Origin: a virus | DNA: 64,000 nucleotides | Virus record (IMG/VR): IMGVR_UViG_3300035704_000002 | Coordinates: 64,203-128,202 of that record | Strand: one strand, 5' to 3' | Part shown: positions 57,639 to 64,000 of the stretch, in pieces | Position numbering within the stretch: the stretch's first letter is position 1 | Layout of the letters: the number at the start of each line of letters is the position of its first letter | Translations under genes and position numbers: made by a program | Notes under the pieces: model-generated | Database searches by the model: none | What the model saw: the letters and a program-made list of their open reading frames with translations, nothing else | What the model was told of the DNA's origin: nothing

Positions 57639-58066
57639 GCGCGGCGCGCTACCGGGCGCACTACTGGTTGGTGAGCCCCGTTGATGTTCTTGCCGATCCG
57701 GTTCTGTTCGCGCGGGATGTCGCCGACGTGATGCGCGGGGTGAGCGAGGTATGGGCGCTGGATTCGGTTACCGATGGCCGCGTTCCGGGTGACATTCAAC
57801 TCACCGTGCGCACATCCGAGCTTTACACCAATCTGGTACGCATCGAAGCGGTACTACCGGAGGTACTGCCCGGTGACACGAAGCGCGTGGCCTACACGAT
57901 TACGGTCGATCCAGGGGTGCGCGGTACGTCGGTTACGGACTCGGCTGGGCGCTTGTACGTACGTTTCGAGGATGGCTGGCTCTGTCCTGCTGAGAGCAGT
58001 TTTGTTCAGTGGTATACGATCGCGGAATGTGGCCCCGTCGTCAGTCTCAGTCAACTGTCCACATGA
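57635..58066 (+). CDS. hypothetical protein
   Basis: GTGA coupling. Confidence 0.55.
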   Translation: MSAARYRAHYWLVSPVDVLADPVLFARDVADVMRGVSEVWALDSVTDGRVPGDIQLTVRTSELYTNLVRIEAVLPEVLPGDTKRVAYTITVDPGVRGTSVTDSAGRLYVRFEDGWLCPAESSFVQWYTIAECGPVVSLSQLST

Positions 58067-58088
58067 GTGCTGCTCACGAGGATTGCGC

Positions 58089-58337
58089 ATGTTGGCCGCG
58101 ATGAAGCGCGACAGCCACCCCATTCTGTGCCCTCGTGCATGCGGAACAGAACTGGTCAAACCACTTACCGGACCTATTATCCGTCCATTTTTGCTGCGCA
58201 TAAACTCGGGTGACATGACCGCAATAGACGACCTGAACAAAGCCTATTCGGTAGCTGTTCGGGAATTGAACAAGGAGCACCTGACGACATGCACGGGACC
58301 TATTCTGCCGACCACGCGAGCGCGCCCGTCCGACTGA
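58089..58337 (+). CDS. small C2HC Zn-binding protein
   Basis: CPRAC...EHLTTC; lower GC. Confidence 0.5.
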   Translation: MLAAMKRDSHPILCPRACGTELVKPLTGPIIRPFLLRINSGDMTAIDDLNKAYSVAVRELNKEHLTTCTGPILPTTRARPSD

Positions 58338-58736
58338 GCTGTCCCACGGTTCGCTGGTCGGCGTGCTGTGGCGGCCGGTCGAGCATCCCGACGGCGTCAT
58401 GCTGGCACCCGAGGAGACGACGCTGGTGTTCGGCGCCGCTGCCCGGCCGGTGCCGGTCATGGTGTATCCGACTCCCGTTCCGTCAGTGTGGCGCGCAGCA
58501 CGGGCGCGGGACCGCGCACGTCAAACCATGCGACCAGCACGCCGGGTAGCCGGCCGGCGGTGACGGGGTCGGCATGCCAGGCGGCGTGCATGGCGTGGAT
58601 GGCCTCGTCGCGTAGCCACTCGCGCGCCACCGGGTCGAACAGCACGCCTGGCGGGCAGTCCTGTTCGTAGCAGGCCACGAGCAGCGGCCGACCGAGCGAT
58701 GAGATCATGGGCACCATGTTTCGAGTGGGGGGCGAC

Positions 58737-58856
58737 GTGGCGTCCTGGCTGTCACTGGGCGGCCTGTCGGTCTTGGTGGTGACAACGGTGGTGCTGGTGG
58801 GTGCGCTGGTGCGGCGCGATCGACATGCGGTACGACGGCGGGATGCTACGGTGTAG
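58737..58856 (+). CDS. 39-aa single-TM protein (not in the ORF track)
   Basis: MASWLSLGGLSVLVVTTVVLVGALVRRDRH...; ends before the terminator. Confidence 0.35.
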   Translation: MASWLSLGGLSVLVVTTVVLVGALVRRDRHAVRRRDATV

Positions 58857-58891
58857 CCGAGTCCGACCACCCCGGCCCGGTACTTACCCCT

Positions 58892-58920
58892 GATGCCCCC
58901 GTCCTGCGAGCGGGGGCATC
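58892..58920. terminator. hairpin between convergent units
   Basis: GATGCCCCCG / CGGGGGCATC. Confidence 0.65.
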
Positions 58921-58933
58921 GGCGCGTCCGGGT

Positions 58934-59599
58934 CTAGCTTGTCGTCACCGTGACGGCGTAGCCGCTGCTGTGCGTGATGCGCTCGCCGAGCCGTAGGGCG
59001 GCTGCCCAGATCTTCGCCTCCGTGACACTGGCCGCGCCGTTGTCCGCCAGCATGCGGCCGGCCATCTCGCGCGCCCTGGCCGGCGTGAGCGACGACGTGG
59101 TTACGTCGCCACCGGAGCGCAGGTGCCGGGTCAGGGTTACCCTGGCCGGCCACGCCATGTCAGCGGTGTCGTCGGTCCACTCGATGCGCTCGTGGCGTCG
59201 AGCGAACCACCTGTCCTGTATCGCGCGGTCGGCCACGTGGGAGAGCGTTCGTGCGGCGTCGCGCAGGACATGTAGCTCAGTTACGTCCATTTTGGATAGT
59301 GCGGAGTCGACTTCATCACCCGTGGGAGTCGCGATCGTCGGTCGTAGTCGATCTGTTGCGCGCTGGGCGTGTTCGATGCGTAGAACGGCGTTCAGTGCCG
59401 CGATGTGCCGGGCGTCGACATGGGTGGCGGCACCGGGCAGCAGCAGCCACGTGTGGGGCCGCATGTGAAGGGGATGCTGGATGTTGTTCAGTCGGGCCAG
59501 TTCGGTCACGGTCGTGTCATGACGGATCGCGATGCCGCTCAACGTGTCGCCGGGAAGCACGTAGTGGCAACCGATCTCGGCATCGTTCGGTTCGGTCAT
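58934..59599 (-). CDS. LysM-domain protein without signal peptide
   Basis: [31 protein letters not shown]; AAGGGA RBS. Confidence 0.8.
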   Translation of the reverse strand: MTEPNDAEIGCHYVLPGDTLSGIAIRHDTTVTELARLNNIQHPLHMRPHTWLLLPGAATHVDARHIAALNAVLRIEHAQRATDRLRPTIATPTGDEVDSALSKMDVTELHVLRDAARTLSHVADRAIQDRWFARRHERIEWTDDTADMAWPARVTLTRHLRSGGDVTTSSLTPARAREMAGRMLADNGAASVTEAKIWAAALRLGERITHSSGYAVTVTTS

Positions 59600-59610
59600 G
59601 GCTGGTCCCT

Positions 59611-61506
59611 TCAGATTTGGCGCGGCGGCTGGCCGGCGGCGCCACTGGCGTCATCGATCAGGGTGACGGGCACGGGCGTGATGGAGAGGTAGTCGTCGCA
59701 TCCGTCGCAGTGCAGCAGGCCGTCCGCCATGCGCTGTTCGCCAATCTCGCCCTGAACGGTGCGTTCACCCTCGCACGTGGTGGTCCGGTCGCAGGGCTTG
59801 CAGTACGCGGTCGCCTCGAATCGGATGTGGTTGCGCACTTGGGTACAACCGGCCAGGCGGCGCGTCGCCGGCTGCTGCGCCCATGCGTAGGCGTCCACCA
59901 GTTCGCCGCCGGGCAGCATCACGACGTGACCGGTGCGGGAGTGGATGCGGTCGTCCCGGAAGATCGCGGTACAGAGGTCGGCGGCCAGCGCGGCCACGTC
60001 GTCGTACCGCGTGGCTAGCTGTTGCACCGGCGCGGCGCCAGCGCTGCCGCGTCCGAGCCAGCACCGTTGCGGCGCGGTGGGGTCGAACTCGATCGGCGCG
60101 TAGCCGGCCAGGTGCTGCGTCTCGGCCTGCTGCGCCCACTCGAAGGCGTCCACCAGTTCGCCGCCGGGAAGTACGACCGTGAGCGGTGTGCTGCTGGTCG
60201 TCAGCCGGTCGTGGCCGCGTTGCACCTCGAACACCTTGCGGCACACTTCGGCGGCCAGCGCGGCCACGTCGTCGTATGAGGTGGCCAGCTTCTCCATCGG
60301 CGCTGGTTCCGCCTCGTCCTTCGGGGTCGGCCCTATCCAGCACCGCTGTGGCGCGGCGGGGTCGGTCCGCACCGGCAGGTAACCGGCGAGCCGGCGTGTC
60401 TCGGGTCGGTGCGCCCATTCGTCGGCGTCCACTAGTTCGCCGCCGGGCAGCATCAGAGTGTGTGGCGCGTCGAATCCGTTCTTGCCGGGGCCGAAGACGC
60501 CCCGGCACACCTCGGCGGCCAGTTCCTCCACAGTGTCGTAGGAGCGGGCGCACGGCCGCGCCATGCGTCCGGAGGGCAGTGTCTGGCCCGACCAGCATCG
60601 GCTCGGCTTGGCGGGGTCGAACTCACCCTTGCCGTCGTACTGTCCGTGGCCGCCGGCCAGTTCCAGGTTCTCGGACTGTTCGATCCAGGCGCGCGCGTCC
60701 ACGACGCTGCCGTTCTCCAGTTCGATGAACGAGGCGCCGTAGGGTTCTTCCCATTCCAGCACGCCGTCCAGCACTTCCTCGGCCAGGCGTTTGACGCTGC
60801 GGAATCCCTCGCAGTCGGTCCGCTTGACCTTCGTGCCGTCGGCGCTGCGCTCGCCCCACCAGAACCGGTCTGGCTTGGTGGTGTCGCAGTCATCGTGCAC
60901 GGACTGTTCTTCATTCGTGGTGGGCGCGTCCAGCGGTTCGTCGCACTCGTAGCAGTGGGTGAAAACCTCCGGCTCGATCGGCGTGTCCTCGTCTTCGTCC
61001 TTCTCGCCATTCTCGGCTTCGCAGTTAGGCTGGTTTGTCTGCTTGATTTCCCAGTCCGCCCGTTGCGCGCTGATCTTCTTTTCGCCCTTGCAGGTGGAGC
61101 AGACGCCGAGGCCATTGGGTGCGAGATGGTTCGCTCCTGACGTTCCGGAGCCTTGGCAGACGGGGCAGGTGACTTCCTGTTCGCGGGATGGCAGCGTGGC
61201 GAGTGCGGCACCTGGATTGGTGCCCGTCGCGGCGCCGCCCTGGAGTGCCCGGATCGTGGCGTATCCCTGGGCCAGGCCGCGCCGCTGGGCGGCGTCGTGT
61301 TCGGCGGCGGTGGCTTCCTCGCTCAGTCGCTGGGCGGCGGTGTTCATGTCGGGCCGGCCGACCAGTTCGCCGGCCCGTGCGCGCGCGGTGCGCGCGTCGT
61401 CGTCCAGTCGGGCGGCCGAGGCCAGCGCGGTGTGTTCGGCGGTGCTCCAGGCGTCGGCGCGGGTCGCGGGGGTGGACGCGGTGAGGTCTGCGCGGCCCAT
61501 CGTCAT
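59611..61506 (-). CDS. protein with DnaJ-type Zn finger, four tandem ~85-93-aa repeats and C-terminal Zn ribbon
   Basis: CPVCQGSG/CSTCKGEK; 4x P.RCW.G...Y..V..LA.EVC...LPGGELVDA..W......LAG; CKPC/CDGC. Confidence 0.8.
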   Translation of the reverse strand: MTMGRADLTASTPATRADAWSTAEHTALASAARLDDDARTARARAGELVGRPDMNTAAQRLSEEATAAEHDAAQRRGLAQGYATIRALQGGAATGTNPGAALATLPSREQEVTCPVCQGSGTSGANHLAPNGLGVCSTCKGEKKISAQRADWEIKQTNQPNCEAENGEKDEDEDTPIEPEVFTHCYECDEPLDAPTTNEEQSVHDDCDTTKPDRFWWGERSADGTKVKRTDCEGFRSVKRLAEEVLDGVLEWEEPYGASFIELENGSVVDARAWIEQSENLELAGGHGQYDGKGEFDPAKPSRCWSGQTLPSGRMARPCARSYDTVEELAAEVCRGVFGPGKNGFDAPHTLMLPGGELVDADEWAHRPETRRLAGYLPVRTDPAAPQRCWIGPTPKDEAEPAPMEKLATSYDDVAALAAEVCRKVFEVQRGHDRLTTSSTPLTVVLPGGELVDAFEWAQQAETQHLAGYAPIEFDPTAPQRCWLGRGSAGAAPVQQLATRYDDVAALAADLCTAIFRDDRIHSRTGHVVMLPGGELVDAYAWAQQPATRRLAGCTQVRNHIRFEATAYCKPCDRTTTCEGERTVQGEIGEQRMADGLLHCDGCDDYLSITPVPVTLIDDASGAAGQPPRQI

Positions 61507-61513
61507 GATCCCA

Positions 61514-61542
61514 AGTCTAGCCGAGTTAGCCCGGTTGGTCAA
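61514..61542 (-). promoter_or_regulatory. early promoter with embedded operator
   Basis: TTGACC-AACCGGGCTAACTCGGC-TAGACT. Confidence 0.82.
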
Positions 61543-62084
61543 GCGGCGGGCTTCGGCCGCGACAGTGCCGGCAACGACGCCAGCGCCACCAGCCAGCCCA
61601 ACGCGCCCAGCAGCAGCGCTTCACCGATCGAGGCGGTCAGCAGCGGCACCGAACGCGGCCCGGTTACCCAGAACACCACCAGCCCGCACAGCGGCAGCAG
61701 GCAGAACGTCACCAGGTCCACGGCGGTCTGTACGTAGCCGCGCACGCGGACGTAGACACCGCTGCGGTGGGCGGTCTCCCATCCGAACACACCGGTGCCG
61801 TTGCTCAGAAACGTCAGGCGCGGTGCGAGCTGGTCGCGAAGGTAGCGGCCGGCTGACGAGATCTTCTCGTCATTCGCGAGGTACTTCCAACCGAGCACCA
61901 CCGCGATCGGCGGCAGGAGCAGCAGTACGGCCGCGCTGTGCTGCTGCACGGTGCCGGCGACCGTGGCCGCCATCGCGGCCAGCGTGGTGTAGGTCAGGCT
62001 GTCGCGGTGCTGGATGCGGCTCTGCTGCTCGGACTTGATCTTGTCGTACTCGGCCAGATGCACCGCGACCTCGGGGTCGGTCAC
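61539..62084 (-). CDS. 4-TM integral membrane protein
   Basis: LAEYDKIKSEQQSRIQHRD..TM pair..NDEKIS..GRYLR..L...FGWE..TM pair. Confidence 0.75.
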   Translation of the reverse strand: MTDPEVAVHLAEYDKIKSEQQSRIQHRDSLTYTTLAAMAATVAGTVQQHSAAVLLLLPPIAVVLGWKYLANDEKISSAGRYLRDQLAPRLTFLSNGTGVFGWETAHRSGVYVRVRGYVQTAVDLVTFCLLPLCGLVVFWVTGPRSVPLLTASIGEALLLGALGWLVALASLPALSRPKPAA

Positions 62085-62242
62085 GACGCGGGAAGCAGAT
62101 GGCGGCCGACCAGATCGGGTGCCTCGTCGGCGTAGAGCACCCACTGGAGCGTGTCCAGCACGGCCCGCTCGCCGTCGCCGGGCGACGTGGTCGAGCTGAG
62201 AAGCGACTGGTACATCGTGCGGATGTCCTCGGCGTTGCGCAT
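62081..62242 (-). CDS. 53-aa hypothetical protein (not in the ORF track)
   Basis: GGAGG RBS; MRNAEDI...VLDTLQWVL; GTGA overlap. Confidence 0.55.
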   Translation of the reverse strand: MRNAEDIRTMYQSLLSSTTSPGDGERAVLDTLQWVLYADEAPDLVGRHLLPAS

Positions 62243-62362
62243 GACGATGGCCTCCAGTTGGTCACAAGCCGGTCACTTCCTGGTCGAACTTCGGTCAGAG
62301 CGGTCGCCCGTGTCGAGAACGGGCACGGGCGACCGACTCCAGGTAGATCGTTTTCCGTCGGG

Positions 62363-62494
62363 CTACTGATTGCGCGCGGCGTTGCCGGCACGAATGGCGG
62401 CCATTGCTTGCTCGGTGGTGACTGTTTTGGCGGGCGGCGTGGTCTGGATGTCCTTCGCTTTCGCGACGACGGCGCGTTTCAGTTCACGTGACAT
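62363..62494 (-). CDS. 43-aa hypothetical protein
   Basis: GGAG RBS, ATG. Confidence 0.45.
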   Translation of the reverse strand: MSRELKRAVVAKAKDIQTTPPAKTVTTEQAMAAIRAGNAARNQ

Positions 62495-62573
62495 GGCGAC
62501 TCCAGGTGATCGGTACTGAGAAGGCTTCGTACGCGGTCGCCCGCATCGACCAGCGATGCGGGCGACTGCTTCG

Positions 62574-62867
62574 TCAGGCCGGCATGTCGTCGGTGGGGAA
62601 CTGCCACGACCACTGCGCAGGAACACCGCGCAGCTTCGGCGCCAGCTCGATGCAGTCGGCTACCGATTCCAGGCAGGTCTCGCAGTACAACTGCACGGTG
62701 CCGCTGGCCTCACGACCGTCGACACACTCCTGAACGTCGCCCAGCGTGAACAGCAGGCCGGGCACGCTGAACACTTCACCGGTGACGACGTTGGCGGTCA
62801 GTACCCGACGGATTGGGTACTGCTGCGCCGGCTTGCGGATGGGAACGGTGGTCCTCTTGGTGGCCAT
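62574..62867 (-). CDS. hypothetical protein (C...CxxC...C)
   Basis: AAGGGAG RBS, first gene after promoter. Confidence 0.6.
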   Translation of the reverse strand: MATKRTTVPIRKPAQQYPIRRVLTANVVTGEVFSVPGLLFTLGDVQECVDGREASGTVQLYCETCLESVADCIELAPKLRGVPAQWSWQFPTDDMPA

Positions 62868-62936
62868 GTCGGCTCCCTTTCGGATGGTGCGCTCCCTGGT
62901 GGAACGCGGTGAGTGTCTACCGTTCCCGATGAGGTA

Positions 62937-62965
62937 AATCTAGCCTGTTTAGCTAGGCTTGTCAA
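62937..62965 (-). promoter_or_regulatory. early promoter with embedded operator
   Basis: TTGACA-AGCCTAGCTAAACAGGC-TAGATT. Confidence 0.88.
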
Positions 62966-63431
62966 GCTCCACGCGCTCGAACTCGACCAGCGCACTGGGC
63001 ACCTCGGCGTCCGGCCGCGTCGACAGCACGCGGGTTACGCGAACCCAGGATGACGAGCCGTCACGCATCGGCACCTCGATCAGCTCACCTGGCATGGCCA
63101 TCTCGATGGGCACGCGCACCAGCCAGCGCTCGTCACACCGGGCGAAGTGGGGCAGCGGCGTCGGTACGGACTTGAACTCGGCCAGGGTGAACGTGGGTGC
63201 GCTCCGGGGGTAGTCGCCGACCACGCGGGTGATCTCGATGCGGGCCGTTGATCCGTCGCCGCGCTTGACGTCGATGTGCGCGCCGATCTCGGCGGTGCCG
63301 AGCGCCAGCCGCACCCGCCAGCCCTTGTGGTAGCGGCTGAACATCGGGAAGCCGGCGCGCGCGGCCAGTTCCAGCGCTTCGACCTTCCAGCGCTGCTCCC
63401 ACGTCGCGAATCCCACGGCGCACCCCCTCAC
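62949..63431 (-). CDS. hypothetical protein with duplicated small beta domain
   Basis: Two W.VR....G..I.V..RDGS....(I/V)TRV units. Confidence 0.7.
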   Translation of the reverse strand: MRGCAVGFATWEQRWKVEALELAARAGFPMFSRYHKGWRVRLALGTAEIGAHIDVKRGDGSTARIEITRVVGDYPRSAPTFTLAEFKSVPTPLPHFARCDERWLVRVPIEMAMPGELIEVPMRDGSSSWVRVTRVLSTRPDAEVPSALVEFERVELDKPS

Positions 63432-63782
63432 CAGGTGGACAGAAAGCGGGCGAATTCCCGGTCATTCGTGGGCACCGTGGCGCCCAGTCGAGCGGCGTCG
63501 GCCAACGCGGCCTGCTTGCGGGTGACCATGTCCCGCGCTCGGGCGTACCAGGTCTGGAACGTCTCGCCGGCCGCCCACATGGCGTTACGGTGGATGTCGG
63601 CGTATTGGAAGGCCGCGCCGCGCATCTGCGCTTCGGTTGGCTCGTTGGTCTCCGGAAGGCTGTAGAGAGCGAGCATCCGACGCCCGTCGTAGGCGCTCTC
63701 GATCAGCTTGCGATGGGCGGCCCGCGCGGTGCCCAGCACTCGTGCGGACGCGCCGCGACCGGTGACACCCAGGGCGCGCGCG
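63428..63782 (-). pseudogene. phage gene whose 5' end is interrupted by the IS insertion
   Basis: The track's start codon (63841) lies inside the IS terminal repeats. Confidence 0.55.
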
Positions 63783-64000
63783 TGGCAGCGGACGCGAGAA
63801 GATCCGGGTAGGCGGACAGTTTGATCCGGATAGCCGGACATGAAAGCTCCGGACTGATGGACATGAGATCTCCGGTGCGACTTGATCGTGGTCGACGATA
63901 TCGGGATGTTGCCGGCTGGTCAGGATGCCGCCGAGGCGTTCTACCGGATCATCGATGCCGCCTACGAACGTCGTTCGATCGCGGTGACCAGCAATATTCA
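63783..64000 (+). mobile_element. IS21-family element, left end, internally deleted; runs off the window
   Basis: Starts TGGCAGCGGAC; four 22-24-nt repeats GGAC-N-TCCGG (63790, 63814, 63836, 63859) joined directly to istB sequence. Confidence 0.75.
63876..64000 (+). pseudogene. istB: IstB ATPase fragment starting at the Walker B region
   Basis: CDLIVVDDIGMLPAGQDAAEAFYRIIDAAYERRSIAVTSNI. Confidence 0.88.

Noticed and set aside
58363-58870. Overlapping ORFs 58363-58563 (+) and 58457-58870 (-)
   Set aside because: Cannot tell which, if either, is real; left unannotated
59880-60470. Near-identical repeats as a DGR template/variable pair
   Set aside because: No reverse transcriptase in the window, differences not adenine-specific, repeats are in-frame domains

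Overview
High-GC actinobacterial phage or prophage with a contractile (myovirus-type) tail, filling essentially the whole window. The + strand from 2.4 to 32.3 kb is the late arm. It holds an HK97-fold capsid, an adaptor/fibre/adaptor module whose 1451-aa fibre carries an N,N-dimethylformamidase-beta-like domain, neck genes, sheath, tube, a frameshifting tail chaperone, tape measure, LysM, SLT+NlpC/P60 hub, spike fused to a beta-helix, baseplate W/J/I, tail fibre and a GH25-LysM lysis cassette. The - strand from 32.3 to 54.6 kb is the early arm: VRR-NUC, UvrD, PD-(D/E)XK nuclease, a metallophosphoesterase with all canonical metal ligands substituted, RepB-type primase, SSB-like protein, DnaQ exonuclease, SNF2 helicase, J-domain protein and many hypotheticals. 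A family of sigma70-type promoters with a TAGCC-N10-GGCTA palindrome between -35 and -10 drives it. A 1.1-kb symmetric noncoding region (ori and/or packaging site) precedes a terminase-small-like gene and an HNH gene. A second leftward early block follows and is interrupted at 63783 by an internally deleted IS21-family element. No integrase, large terminase, portal, DNA polymerase, tRNA or CRISPR array was seen. All family assignments come from motif recognition by eye; no searches were run.
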